Part shown: positions 28,061-42,597 of the stretch, in pieces
How the letters are laid out: the number at the start of each line of letters is the position of its first letter
Numbering within the stretch: the stretch's first letter is position 1
From: the human T2T-CHM13v2.0 reference genome, Homo sapiens
DNA: 64,000 nucleotides
Reading direction: 5' to 3' (one strand)
Assembly: GCF_009914755.1 (NCBI RefSeq)
Contig: NC_060926.1
Notes under the pieces: model-generated
What the model saw: the letters and a program-made list of their open reading frames with translations, nothing else
The model's database searches: none
Told to the model about the DNA's origin: nothing
Translations under genes and position numbers: made by a program

Positions 28061-31000
28061 CCAACATGTCTTTAAAGTTCAGAAATTGTATGTTTGTCCT
28101 CATCTGTTTCTGGAACCCAAATCCCATCTTTTAGGCCTCAGCCCCTATATCATGGGGGTGCTTAGTGCCCCATATTGGCCCTCAATATCCTGCTCGTCTC
28201 TCCTAAGATAATTTTTTTCCCCCATCAAGACATTCTCAGCCTAAAAGGTGTTGCTTTCCTGTTCTCCTCATTGGACACGTCTATTCTTTCAAAGCCATTT
28301 ATCTCAAGGAAGTTTGGGAAAAAAGCAATCTCATAAGGTGATTTCTCCCTAACTTGTGAATAATTAATAGCACTTCCACTTTTACCTTTAAGAGAGTATT
28401 TTTAATAACAATACCTCAGAGAGTCTCTAGGGATGTTATTTTGGATCTGTTAACAGAATGAAGTGAAAACGAGGACTAGGTGAAAGTGGAGATTTTTAGC
28501 TGGGGATGTACCACTTCACTTGCCTTGAAACCCATGCCTGGGCAGCTCTCCTGGGCGGGTCCCAATTTCCCAGCTTCTTTCCTTTCTCTTCTGACACCTC
28601 CAATGACATGGCTCCTGACCCTGGCTGCAAACAGAATCCAAGGGACCTTTGAACCTTCCAAGTCCTGGGATAATCCCCAGAAATCTGACTTAATTAACCT
28701 GGAGTGAGCCCCAGGTTCTGTATTTTCAAAAGCTCCCCAGGCAATACCTGCATTGAGAACTATTGTTCTAATAATTTTCCTCCACAGAGCTAAACTTTTC
28801 ACCCAGGCTCCCACTGCAGGCATTGGGGAACATGTAGGAAAAGACCAAATTAAAGAAAGGGCAGACCAAAAAATAAAAAGAAAAAAAGAAAACCACCAAC
28901 CAAGCAAACCCTCATTATGTGAAAACTTGAAAGAGAGACATAGATGGCGATGTGGGGAGAGGACAGGACCCACAATCACAACAGATGATCCTACAGACTC
29001 CCATTGAGCAGACCTCTCCCCTCAGGCCAGTGCCATCTGTAACATGAATACATGATAGATACCTAATTCGAGGGGACACTCACTGTGGCCTCTATAAATA
29101 CATTCTTCTCTACTGTATCACTGATGCCTAGCAGGGTGCTTGGCCTTTAGGGAGTATTTAGAACTTTTATTCTGAACTAGTTACTAACTCCCTTCCAGTC
29201 TAGAGTTTACCTGCAAATGCAGTCCCATATGTTATGCAGATGTATTCAAATGAGTATGCAAGTGAAAGTTTTTAAAAAGGACTTACAATTGACTGTGCTC
29301 CCCAAATACCCCTGAAAGAAGTCAAATGTTCACCAAGACACACCTGACAGATTCTCTGTCTCATTAGCAGAATCCCTGTGGCCAGGACACAAACCCTGGT
29401 CTTGTCTGAGGACAACTGCCTTTGGGAGGAAGTGGGGCCACCAGGCTGAGAAGCCTCTGGGTTCTCTTCTTCACCCCAAGCAGATGTTCAGGATTGCAGT
29501 GATCTGGCTTGAGAGATCTGGCTGAAAACACATCAGGTGTCCTACATCTGGGATGCTCTGAGCAGATGGGTCACAGCTGCCCAGGTGCAAATACAGCTGG
29601 GCTCCAAGCCTGGTGCTTGTTTCTCCCAGGGCAGCCTCTCCAGCCAACTGGGAGCTCAGGGGTACCGGCTCTTCACTTGCCACTCTGACGGTCTGGCACA
29701 CCTCTGTGGTGATCCTCAGTGTTTTCTTCCCAGCTGGCTGCTTTGGGGCTGCTCTGGTAGGCTCTACCAAGGCAGGTCTATTTTACCTGCAGAAATAGCT
29801 CTGAATCCATCACTTACTTTGCATTTTCACTGCTGCTACTTTTGGTGAGATCCTCTCATTCCGCCTCCTGGGGACTCTGCAAGCAGTAGGACCTGTGAGT
29901 TCTGCCTCTAGCCTTGACCCCTTCCAGCTGCTATCATTGGCTCTTGTGCTGGCTGATTCTTTGAATAAACACCTCCCACCCTGATATTACCATCCTAGAG
30001 AGCCCTCATGGAGTCCCATGTTCTAAAGCTGTAATTTTCATCTCTGGCTGCACATTAGAACCACCCAAGGAGCTTTTGAAAAAATGCGGATGCCTGGGGC
30101 CCATGCCCAGAGATGCTGATGGAATTGGTTTGGGAAAAGTGCTCTTCAGAATAATTTGTCAAAGGATATTGTTTAAAGTCCTCCTGAGACTGGTATGTGA
30201 GACCTCTGGGTGATTGGATCCTCTTTCTAGCTGCCTTCATATTGTCATCTCCTGCTTCTCAGTCCAGACCTTTGTTTCTTTATACAGGCTCTCTGTCTCC
30301 TGGAACCCTTGCTCCAAGAATTACAAACTCTTGCTCACTTTCCACGACTCCCCTTAACTGTCATCCACTTCAATGAAACATTCTTGGGATCCTCACATGG
30401 AGTTAGTTAGGCTTTCTTTCTTCTCTGCTCACATATTGCTGTTCCACCCAGAATTGCAAGAGGTGGTGTTGTTTGCTTACTTCTCTGTCTACCCCACTAG
30501 CCTGAACTCAAAAGACGTTATTTTAATCCTCCTTGCATATGTCTCTGCCTTTTAACAATGGACTACCCTAGGGTAGAGATCATGTGATGTTAATATCCAT
30601 ACCCTCTAATGACAAAGACCATCTCGTATTTGCAGCTCTGTTCATTTTTTAAGCTAATATGACTGCCCACATATGATTGAAATGAACTATTCTGCATACA
30701 CTGCTGGACTAACTGGCGTAATTCTCACAATGGCCTGTTAAGTACAATCATTGTCCTCTTTGCAAGCGAGGAAACTGACACAATGAGAGGAAAGACAACT
30801 CAACATGTAACAGGGCACAATAAATGACTATTTACAATTTAGAATTGTGTGGCTGTGTGCTCTTGCCACAGAAAGTCTTTGTGACCAATCAGTTAATATG
30901 ACTTTATTTTCTCAGCAAGCACTTTACACCACCAGGACACAGTCTTAATAGATGATAAACTCTTTAAAGGAAATAGTTGAAACCTCATGACTAGTTCCCA

Positions 31001-31796
31001 AAACAGTTTTTTCAGTAAGGTAGGTCAGCAGCACAGGGTACAGCAAAGACAGCTGGAGCAATGGAATAGGAGAGAAAAGAACCTTACAAAAGCACCCACC
31101 TTTCTCCCAGTGCCTTTAGAGAGTGTCGTGCCTCATTTCATTTGATCCCTTTAACAATAATAAGGAATAGGAATCATAATATTTACAGATGATAAAATCA
31201 GAGCTTAATGAAAGTGAGTAACTTTGACAATGTCTCCTAATTAGTATGAAAAACGCTGCAATTGGATTATATGTTACCTCTCTCCAACAGGAGGCTGCCT
31301 CTGCCTGGCACATCATTGGAATCTAGCTTTCCTCATCTACTTTAAAAATAGCTTACTTTTTCCTAAAATTGTAGGAAAGTATGAGAAAACCAAAATTGCT
31401 CTTAACTCTACCACTCAGTTAAAATTGCTGGTAATATTTTGAGTTCGTTTATTTTTGTTTTTTTTTTTCCTCTGCGTTTATACAACAATAGATCAGAATA
31501 CGTGACATAACTTTGGTTGTGGTGTGTACAACATTTTGTATTTTTCCCTTTTGTTTTAAAACAAAACATATCAGAAGTAGTTCAGCCGTCTTTTTTAAAA
31601 AAGAGATTAGAATGAAGTGGCAAGAAGAGGAAGAACAATGCTTTTTATGAATCTTCCAAGGGCTTGTATCCAGCCGAGTGAGGAGTGGGTTTGCTCTGAG
31701 AATGGCATGGACGGCAGCAGGCTGGGAAATGAGCCCCCTCTCTCTAAGTCTTCTGGACCCATCATCTCTATGCTTACTCTCTTGTTTCTCTTGCAG

Positions 31797-31946
31797 GCAG
31801 CAACTTGAATGATGGCCTGTGGCACTCGGTTAGCATCAACGCCAGGAGGAACCGCATCACGCTCACTCTGGATGATGAAGCAGCACCCCCGGCTCCAGAC
31901 AGCACTTGGGTGCAGATTTATTCTGGAAATAGCTACTATTTTGGAG
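31797..31946 (+). CDS. CNTNAP5: CNTNAP5 internal coding exon (probably exon 9; 150 bp, phase 1 to 1), LamG core
   Basis: Acceptor cttgtttctcttgcAG at 31795-96 and donor G|GTAAAT at 31947. Translation (G)[49 protein letters not shown](G) contains the LNDGxWHxV LamG signature. Not in the supplied ORF track. Confidence 0.96.
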
Positions 31947-34778
31947 GTAAATTCTCCAGTCTTTAAGAGGGAAAATTAAGAAGGGAGGGAAATTTAAGTG
32001 GGCAATTATTTCACTATGATGGTTCTGGTTTGGTCAATTAGACAATTCTCCCAACACACAAACACACACACACATGCACATACACACACACCCTCAATCT
32101 CAAAATAGTGAGAAGCAAAATCTCTCACAGCTGTGTGCAAATATAAATTATCTAGGTCAGTGCTGAGGAAGAAAAGAACTTTAGCTACAAGAGCTGGTGT
32201 TATATAACACATCCAAAGGAGATTTTTGTAGCCATGCCAAGCCCTGTAATCACATGGGAAAGGAGAAACTCAGCTGAAAACTTGGAGAAAGTGTATCAAG
32301 AGTCAGCAGTACCTGCAAGAGGCAAAATTCAGGTGGAAAGGCACAATCAGCATGCTTAGCACCCAGGCCCCTCCTCTGCCACTTTCCTCTCTTAGTCTCC
32401 TGTCCCCTCCTTCCCCACATCCCTAGAGGCCATGCTCGCAGAAATCCAGGAATGAGGAGGAATTAGGAGGCCCATGAATTTGTAACTCCAGGTGTAGAAG
32501 CCAGTTCAGATTATTCACATTCTGCCTTCTCTGATGTTAAGTGAGTCCTGGGAACCTTTCCAATGACAAAAACACAAGGGCAAGCTGATGGTGAAGAAAA
32601 ACATAATTAGGCATCTACTGATTTTTTATAAATGCATATCTATATATATGTATTTAGTCTTTCAAAAGTATTTTTCATTAAAAATTAATATCTAATTTCA
32701 TAGTTGTTTGTATTATAGAAACAGTCTCTGAAAAGGATTTAACCTCAATAGCTGTCTGACCTTGAGAAAGATACTTATAGTCCCTAAACTTCCTAATCTG
32801 AAACACGGGGAAATAAGCTCACCTCCAGAATTTCTGGAAAAGTTAAGTACGACCAAGGTGTAAGCATATGGCAGAGTGTGCCACATGGCAGGGGATGGGG
32901 AAACTGGCTCCAGCTCCTATAGATATAAGTCAGGGTCTGGTCTACAGTTTCCTTATTTTTTTCCTATTAGTAAATTGAAGAGAAGTATTGTATAAAATTA
33001 TGCATAGTCTCTTAAATAGAATTTACAGATCACTTCTCTCATACCAATGGAATGTGGTTAAAGCTTTAAAATGCAAAAGGGATTTTGCACATGTGCAGTG
33101 TACATATCGAGGTCTCCTAGGAGGGAAGCAATATCTCTGTGGCTTGATTTTAGGGTGAGGAAGGGCCTGTGACCTTTACCTCAAATGTCCTCCACCTGTG
33201 CATGGATAACAAATTCCTTTAGGGAGGGAATACACGTCCAGTCTCTGCAAAAGTTTTTATGACTTAACCTCATTTAATTCATGCAGAAACCTTGTGCAGT
33301 AGGTAATATCCCCACTTAATAGATAATAAGACTGGTGTTTGCTGAGATGAAAGAATTTGTGCAAGGCCATAGAGCTCATGAATTCAATTCCAGATCTGTG
33401 TTCCCACAGCCCACCAGTGAAAACAGAGATTGGAACAAATGTATTATAATGATCGTAGAACAAGGGTGTTGGGGTCCGAAAAGATAACCTCACAGACCGA
33501 ATAATTTTGCATCTTATGCAATATTTCAGCATCAGAGGAAAAAACGCTATCTTGCATTTATTCTTGAGGGAAATGTTTGTAAATAATTCTGATACAATAA
33601 GCATCCAACATGCCTCAGAGACAAAATGGCTCTCCTCCCTCAGTTGAAGAAGCGTTCTTAGAGGCAAGTTTTAAGGGACCCTGGGTTTAGAAGGTGAAGA
33701 TGTATCAGTGATTTGAACAGTGTTTAAACAAATGCCCCACGCGTAGACTGTAAACTTAAGGAAGGTGAAAAATGAGTTTCAGTAATAATAGTCAACTTAC
33801 ATAAATTCTCTCTACAGCTTCAATTAGAAGTTGTAGCATCTCTCTTCATTTTACAGTGTGCCTGTGAGCTGTTAACCAGCTGCTGGGCTTCAGCCCAGCA
33901 GTGACTGTCTATTAGAGACGGCTGAAATAATTCCCAGTTATTTATGGGTTATTACCATGGTTTCAAGCTTGCATTCCCATATGCTCTGAACCTATTAAAG
34001 CCATTGGGATGGAGTTCGTATGGAGCACAAGCACTCATATACCTGCAAGGCTCTATACCTGTCTTAATGAGAAGTAGATATGCCCTGGTTGCAAGCTACA
34101 CTAAATCAGTGTAATTTTTTAAGAACACTCTTTAAAAAGGTATAGTATTAACCTTTCCCATATGCTATTACAGCCCTAAAATGACATGCATTTAAACCCT
34201 TAGTTCCTTCTAAAACCAGCAAAACATCTGATTTTGCTTTGCACATCACGTCAAAATTCCAGTTACGCTCCTGTGTGTACCTTTCTCAGGAACTAAGCCT
34301 GTTAATGCTAACAATTAACCAGACAATTACTCTGCTGCCATCCTTACCCAGAGCGTAATTTTCTTTGAAAGTGTAATTCAGAATTGAATCGTGCATTTAG
34401 ATATGTGTTTCAAGACAGAACCAAAATTCTGAAGCAGCTATAATACATTTCTTCCTTGGGATGAGTGAAGGATGCCATATAAAAGAATAGCAAATAGTTT
34501 ACCAATGGAAAAACAAAGTAAGAAGGAGACACATGTTACAGTATTGGTATTCCCTTTGCCACGCTTTTTATTTTCTCTACAGTGATGGAGTATACCCTAT
34601 TTTGTACCAATTCTGTCCCCTCCCTGAGAATGCTAGGATTTATAATGAAAAGGGTGTGCACTGCTGTGAATGAGAAAGCACCAAACTAATTAGACCTCAA
34701 GGTCTTCCATCAATAGGTCGCCAAAGCAATGACGGATCATTTCAGCATTCTTCTTCATCTTTTTTCTCTGTCCCACAG
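31947..34778 (+). other. CNTNAP5: Intron, 2,832 bp, GT-AG
   Basis: Phase 1 to 1; G+GG forms Gly across the junction. Confidence 0.92.
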
Positions 34779-34950
34779 GGTGCCCCGACAATCTCACCGA
34801 TTCCCAATGTTTAAATCCCATTAAGGCTTTCCAAGGCTGCATGAGGCTCATCTTTATTGATAACCAGCCCAAGGACCTCATTTCAGTTCAGCAAGGTTCC
34901 CTGGGGAATTTTAGTGATTTACACATTGATCTGTGTAGCATCAAAGACAG
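34779..34950 (+). CDS. CNTNAP5: CNTNAP5 internal coding exon (probably exon 10; 172 bp, phase 1 to 2), end of LamG leading to the EGF domain
   Basis: Long polypyrimidine tract with cacAG at 34777-78 and donor AG|GTAATT at 34951. Translation (G)[56 protein letters not shown](R) contains the FQGCM LamG motif. Confidence 0.96.
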
Positions 34951-37523
34951 GTAATTATTGTCTCTTCTCCTCTGTTCTGCCACCCCCTTCCCATTCTTAC
35001 TGTTCTAAATATGAGTTTCTTTAAGCAAAATTCTAATCCACCGACATTAGCCACATTAGACATAATTGAGTTGCCTAATGGAAAATATTTCTGAAAGGAT
35101 TTCAGGCCCAGAGAAAAAATGGTTTAAATTAGTTGAGTCTCTCTTCATGTTGACTTGCAGTAAATGGGATATGCAAATTAAATCAAAATACAAATTTGTG
35201 AAAGGATTAAAATTTTATGCATAAACAACATTTGATTACTTTGAAGTTAAAGCAAAAAGGAGGAAGGAATTACTTCTCTCCTAAACCATTTCATTTTTCA
35301 CTGCTGTGGGTGTCCTTTCTAACACAGGCAGATGAGCATTGGACCATCTGGGAAGTCTGCAGCAGAGGTTCCCGAAATGCCCAATAACACACAACTACTC
35401 CTGGGTTTGGCTGGTTTTTGCTCTTACTGCCCCTACCACTGCTTCTCTGGCCCAGAGATCAGAAAAACTCACTTTATCTCTCAATTTCCCCTGGGATCTG
35501 GCTCTTCTTATATTAGAAGTTTCTAAATGCAAAGACACACTGCAGAAAACCAAAGAGGATGGATTCTGAATTTGCATCAAGGTTTACCATGTTCTTCTTC
35601 TTTCCTCTCCAGAGCCTACCTCCTTCATTCTTCCAGTTCTGCTCACCCTTGTCAAAATATCGTTTATAGAATGGGTGAATAATATCTGTTCAGTGCTTGC
35701 CTATGTGTTGATGATAAAGGGTCTCTGCTTATGTTTCATCTGGGAATAAATTAGCAATAAAGTTACAATAAAGTTAGATAAATGACCAAGAAATGCACCC
35801 TTATTTGTCAGACACATGGCAGCAGCAACTTAGTCTGACCCTGAGAATGAGTCGAAGAAGGTTTCAGAAGGTGATGCTGAGTTGAATCTTAAAGCAGAAG
35901 ACACTGGCAGGCTAGGCCAAGGTTGAGAGGGGAAGGGAGATTGGCATAGAAGCAGGAGAAAGCATGGATTGCAAGTATTTCATCAATTCAAAATACTTTT
36001 TTGGCATTTGAAGGCATTTGAAATCTCTAATAGTTGAATTGGCAATATCTATTTTTCATAGTGGCATATAAAATAATTGTATATCTTACAATTAATGGTG
36101 TCTTAGATTCAATAATATATAGCTCAGTAGGGATGGTAGGCCACTGTGGATTGTGAACCTGGTGTGAATAAGTCCAGAGATGTGGGGCAGGACCAGTCAT
36201 GAAGGACTTTGTGTACCAGTGGGATTTGGTTTCATGCTCTTGGTGAGAACCACAGAGGAAGGTGGCTAGCTTTTCCTGTTAGAAAGAGTACTCAAGAAGA
36301 AGTGAGAAAGGTGGATTGGAAGAGAGCTGGCCCACAACTAGGCAGGTGACTGCCCCAGTTCAGGAGAGGAATAATGAGTAGTAGCAGGTGCCTCTACTGA
36401 GGGGCACAGAAATCAGCCATGCAGTGCATAGTCTCTGCTAACGCTAGAATGAGCTGCGTAACTTGGTGAAAATTTACACACATTTCTCCATTAATATCAC
36501 TATGCATGGGATCATCAACAAATCATGCAGATTTTCTGGCTCTTCTGCTTTGTTTTTTTTTTTTTTCTATTTGACCAGCTGAAAAAGTAGTAATAAAATA
36601 TGTGCTTCATTAAAATGTGCTAGTTTAGAGCTCGGAGAATAAAAGTTATTGCAGGCGATGGTTGGCAACTATTGGCTAGACCAATAGTCTTTAGTAATGG
36701 CGAGGGAGAAGCATCCTACTTCATCAGCCAGTGCAGCCTCTTCCAAAGTGTTGATCAATACAGGGAACATTTATCAACAGGGGTCTCTTATGCTACCTTA
36801 ATTTTTAATCAAGCAAGCTCTCATTATTTTTGATTGCATGAAAGTCATTGCCATGTACTCTGCATCATTAGTTTTGTGTAATTGTAGTCTTGTATAATTG
36901 TATTACATACAATTGTGCTTTCATTAATTGTATAATAAGGGATTGTGTTTAGTTTCGTGAGTAAGTGGTAAGTTTTTCTTGATTTACCAGGCACTGTGTC
37001 TAACAGAAGGGAAAGCTGGGGCAAGGGACTGTGTTTGAGTCACTATTTCTTAAACTCATAATTAATGTTATCTGAAGAGAGGCAGGAGTTAGAAGGGCAG
37101 GTGTTTTCTGAATTTGGTGTTTCATTTTTAATGTGTTAATCAACGTGAGCTGGATTTCAGGTTAATTGCAAACTCTTTGCCTTCAAGGAGCTTGCTACTT
37201 GCTGGGAGAAAGGAAGGGAATAGGCTGGCAGTGGTTTTCCTTACCTGGACTGCTGTCTGGAAAGCCCACAGAGGACAATCTGAGAATCTCTTCTTACTCT
37301 GAGACCCCTTGCCAGTCCGTTGTTGCAGGCTGTAGAGAACCAGGCCTCCATTTGCCTCTTTGTGGTTGTCCTACCCCTTCTTTTTCTCTCTCAAAGTGAA
37401 GTGGGATCCCGCCCTGCCAGCTTTTGTTTTTTGCTGGCCCCAACCGGGCATCTTACATACTTAAACGGTATTAGTGCTAGTCACGTGGGAAAATCAGATA
37501 TAAGACATCTAAAGTAGAATTCT

Positions 37524-38006
<483 letters not shown>

Positions 38007-38414
38007 CTAAAAGGGTCTCTTCTCAGGGATTAAGAAACTTTAACCAATGTGCATCTCAGGGATGGGCAAATTACCAAATCTTCTGGCTCCTGGGAGGAAA
38101 GGACTTGGAAGAACTGGCCTTGCGCATGGCTCTGGAAGCAGGAAGGTGTTGGTACTGGGCAGCTCCAGTGCCTGGCAGTCCATGGGCAGGATGGGAGAAG
38201 GAAGCAGTAGGAATTAGAATAAGGCATTCCTGACACACACTGTGCCCTGTTCACGGTCCTTCTAAACCTCTAGGACACAGTGTGCAGCTGCTGCCCCTCT
38301 TCTGCAGGCCAAACCACCAGCCTCATAATCTCTACACCCTAAGCCCCTGTCCTTCATAATAACCATCTTTCCAGCCTCTTTGACTTGAAGTAGGCAAAAC
38401 ACAATAGTCTAAGC

Positions 38415-38912
38415 CAGCGGTCCCCAACCTTTTTGGCATTCAGGGACTGGGGGCTTGGGGAGATGGTTTCAGGATGATTCAAGCACACATTTATTGTGCA
38501 CTTGATTTCTATTATTATTACATTGTAATATATAATAATTATGTGACTCACCATAATGCAAAGTCAGTGGGAGCCGTGAGCTTGTTTTCCTGCAACTAGA
38601 TGGTCTCATCTGAGGGTGATCGAAGACAGTGACAGATCATCAGGCATTAGATTCTCATAAGGAGTGTGCAACCTGGATCCCTCACATGCACAGTTCACAA
38701 TAGGGTTTATATGCCTGTGAGAATCTAATGCTGAAGTTGATCTGATAAGAGGAGGAGCTTAGGCAGTAATGTGAGTGACGAGGAGTGTCTGTAAGTACAG
38801 ACGAAGCTTTGCTTGCTCACCTGACACTCACCTCCTGCTGTTGGTCCCAGTTCCTAAGAAGCCACGGACCAGCACTGGTTCTGGTTTGTGGCCCAGGGTT
38901 TGAGGACCCCTG
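38415..38912 (+). mobile_element. MER1A (hAT-Charlie) DNA transposon
   Basis: TIRs cagcggtccccaacc and ggtttgaggacccctg; perfect 8-bp TSD GTCTAAGC (38407-14, 38913-20); internal ttagattctcataaggag. Confidence 0.92.
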
Positions 38913-39298
38913 GTCTAAGCTATCACAAAGAAAAGTCACTTTCAATAAGGCTTTATTCAGTGAACAGCTGTTGATACACCCTCTGTAGTTCTGACTCATA
39001 GGTAGGCACTGAGAGAGTGAGACTGACTTACATCTATCCCTGAGTAGGATATGATGCTGTAAAAGCTCTAGAAGCTCTAGGAGTCCAGAGGCACTAATAT
39101 CCCCACCTTCTAAAAGGGGAAAGCTAAGACCTGGAGACGTATGTCAGTGTTCTCAAGGTCCCATAGGGCTGAAGTTATGATCAAGAGTCAAGCACTGTGT
39201 GTATTCTCTCCTTGGTACTATCTAGCAAGGAGGCACTGATCTGGAAAAGGCAGTCACTCTGTGTCAGTGGCTCTAAATGTGTAACCCCATTTTCCAAT

Positions 39299-39737
39299 TG
39301 TCGACCTAAAAGGAAAAAGCTGATGCAAAATTAATATAAGTAGAGAGTTCATTTGGGCCGAGCTTGCTTGAGGCAATCCAGGAGCACAGATTCAAGTTGC
39401 CCTGAACAGACACTCAGTTTAGCAGCCATTGCAACTGGGTTTCTAAAGGCAAATGGGAGGACAAGGAGTGAACTGATATAAAGTTCTGCCAGGAATTCTC
39501 AATGGTTTACAGTTTACAGATTTGATTAGTGATTGGCTATGTATTGTTAAGCTGTAGGGTGTGGGTTCTAGTGTGTCCAGTGTAGCATTATTAGGTTAAT
39601 AACAAGCAGTTCCAAGAGGTGAGTACACAGCTCAAAGTGGGGGAGTAGAGTATGACTGGGGTGTCATTTTAATGTTTTATTGGCCTGATAAGTAAAAGGA
39701 CTTGCATTCCTCACATAAAAGTTTTTTTCTTTTCTCA
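39299..39737 (-). mobile_element. ERV1 LTR (MER34-like), related to 13502-13958
   Basis: Same termini TGTCGACCTAAAAGGAA and TTTCTTTTCTCA; first ~110 bp align with the 13502 element. Confidence 0.8.
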
Positions 39738-41513
39738 TGCTCAACCAGATTGAATTTTTAAGAATATGCAATATGTCAGATTCTTTGTAACATTTATGTG
39801 CCTGATGTAATTCCATCTATGAGGGGACATTCAGAGTGGCATGCAATGTCTAGCAGGGTCTGAGTGGAGTAAGGTGAGCCAGGTTCAAAGAGTCTCTGCC
39901 CCGCATCCATGTAGATGATTCCCAGTCAATTCCAGGAGCCATGTCCAGTCCTGTGAGGTTCAAGATCCAGGACAGGAGAGACAGATTAGCAAATGCTGTC
40001 CAAGAGTATCAACAGGAGACAGGCTCCAAGGTGTGAAGCCAAACCAGGAGGGAAAAACAGGGATGCTGATGAGGAAGGTGTCTGAGGTGGGGAGAAGCAG
40101 AGGCCATACCTGGGAAAAATCCAGAATCCCAGTGCAAGTGGCAGCAGCTTTCAGAAGCAGCAGGACACATTTAAATCCACCCCGCCCACAGTCTGAGATG
40201 TGACACACATTATTTAAACTTTTGTCCATGTTTTCCCTTTTGCAAAATCAGGATCACAAAACCTACCTTTGTGCTAAGAGTTGAATGAGAGAGTGCGAGA
40301 AAAATGAGAGTGTGCGAGAAGTCAGGTGTTCAATTGCATGACTGGAATGCGGTAGATGCTCAGTAAATGTTCACTGTGTTAATTCCTCTGGCCAAAGGTT
40401 TGCCGGTTCTCTAGTTTCCATGGGGAGAGAAGAGGCTTAAGTGCCCCGCCACCCTTTCCCCAACCCCCACTGTTGCAAGTGATCCTTAGTAGTTTCTGGG
40501 GTGATTCCCATGTGAATATTTCACATTTGTCCCCCCTCCCAAATCAGTCTGCTTTGTGACCCCCCTTGGACTTTGGTCCCACTTTTTCAGAAGACCTGCC
40601 ATGGCCCATTAGGAAAGCACTCATAAATTTAGGTGCCAAGGTTATGGTCTTCAGATTTTCCTAAAGCATTAGTCTCAAGATCAGGACTAGAATGAGCCTA
40701 GAGAGTAAAATTTAAGGAGACCCCTACTTCTAGGGCCATGCATGCATGGAGATCCCGCATTTGCAGAAACCTGAGAGTGAGGGTCTCTTTAAATCTTATA
40801 GGCAAATTGGAGCATTTTAACATCAGAATCACCAGAAGTGCTTGTTAAAACACAAATTACTGGGGGTGGAGCCTGGAAATTTGCATTTCTAAGAAATTCG
40901 TGTGTGATGCTGCTGCTACTGGGCTGGCCTGGTGGCCGTACTCTGAGAACCATGCTGTAAAGCTTCTGCTCCTGGAGGACGTGGAATTGTGTGGAATCTG
41001 CAAAGCTGATGTGGGTGTGGAGGAGAGGGATGGTTCCTGCCCCCACCTAGGGCCTCAAGCAGCTACTCTTCTGGCCAGAGTCTCTCTGAAAAGTTTTTGC
41101 AGCTCCCTCAAAGTCCCAAAGTCCCTTTCTCCAAAGAGGTGTTGAAATCAGCCCAAGGGGTGCTGCAGGAGGCCACTGAGTTTCTTCTGCCTCTGAGCTT
41201 TCCTGATCTTCCTCTCTCAGCTCCTCCCCTGCTTCCCACTACAAACAAAGCCTTCATGAATAACAAGGAAAATGATCAGATCCTCTGGCACGCCTCAGTG
41301 AGGAGTATTTCGGCTGGAGGAAAGTGTGGTTCTAGAACAGCTACAGCTGCTGACAAGCATAACTGTTTGTTGTGAGGTACCCCTGAACGTCACAGCTTGA
41401 TCTTTCCTTCTAAAATACTTCACAGCCTGCGGGTGGTGGTGGTGCCTATATAATAGGAGTGACTCCACCTCTCCCCAGTATTGCTTAAAAAACTTTATAA
41501 AGATTGATGGACA

Positions 41514-42597
41514 CTTTTGCAGCAACATGAATGGTACTTAAGTGAAACAAGTGAGATACAAGGAGATAAATATTGAATGTTTTCACTTATAAGTGGGAGC
41601 TAGATAACATGGACATACAGACTTAGAGAGTGTGGAATGATAGGCCATGGAAAAGTGAGGGAGTTGGACTGGGGTGGATAATGAGAAATTACTTAATGGG
41701 TTTGTTTTGGATAGGGGTCCTGATCCAAACCTCCAGAGAGAGTTCTTGGATCTCGCGCAATAAAAAATTTGGAGTGACTCCATGGAGTAAAGTGAAAGCA
41801 AGTTTATTAAGAAAGTAAAGGAATAGAAAAATGGCTACTCCACAGGCAGAGCAGTGACATGGGCTGCTTTACTGAGTATGCTCATAGTTATTTCTTGATT
41901 ATATGCTAAACAAGAGGTAGATTATTCATGAGTTTTTCAGGAAAGGGACAGACAATTCCAAGAACTGAGGGTTCTTGCCCTTTTTAGACCATATAAGGTA
42001 ACTTCCAGATGTTGCCATGGCATTTATAAACTGCCATGTAAACTCTATCACCACTGTATTTTCTCCCACACACATTCATTTAAGAAATTCGGGTGTGGTG
42101 GCTCACGCCTGTAGTCCCAGCATTTTGGGAGGCCAAGGCAGGTGGATCACGAGGTCAGGACATGGAGACCATCTTGGTCAACATGGCGAAACCCCGTCTC
42201 TACTGAAATACAAAAAAAACAAAAAATGTAATGAACAATGAGGATGAGCAGAGATCACTTTCATCTTGACTTGGTGGGTTTTGGTCGGCTTCTTTACTGG
42301 ATCCTGTTTTATCAGCAGGGTCTTTATGACTTGTATCTTGTGACACCAGTCCTGTTGACTTCCTATCTCATCCTGTGACTAAGAATGCCTAATCTCTTGG
42401 GAATGCAGTTCAATATGTCTCAGCCTTATTTTACCTAGCCCCTATTCAAGACAGTCACTCTGGTTCAAAAGCCTCTGACAGGTTCAGTGTACGTTGTTCT
42501 GGTGATGGATATCCTAAAAGACTTAACTTGACCACTAAGCAATCTATGCATATAGCAAAATTACAATTGAACCTCACAATCTATACATATAAAAAAA
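41514..42597 (+). mobile_element. L1MA-type 3' end split by MER41
   Basis: ttttgcagcaacatg, cacttataagtgggagcta, gagaaattacttaatggg; resumes after 42480 with ggtgatggatatcctaaaag and an A tail. Confidence 0.85.
41703..42480 (-). mobile_element. MER41 solo LTR containing a foreign ~185-bp insert
   Basis: End cctatctcatcctgtgactaagaatgcct...ctctggttcaaaagcctctgaca is the reverse of the MER41 start; perfect 4-bp TSD GGTT at 41699-702 and 42481-84. Confidence 0.9.

Noticed and set aside
28476-28979. 167-aa minus-strand ORF
   Set aside because: No recognisable domain; overlaps a MER5-like fragment; compatible with chance.
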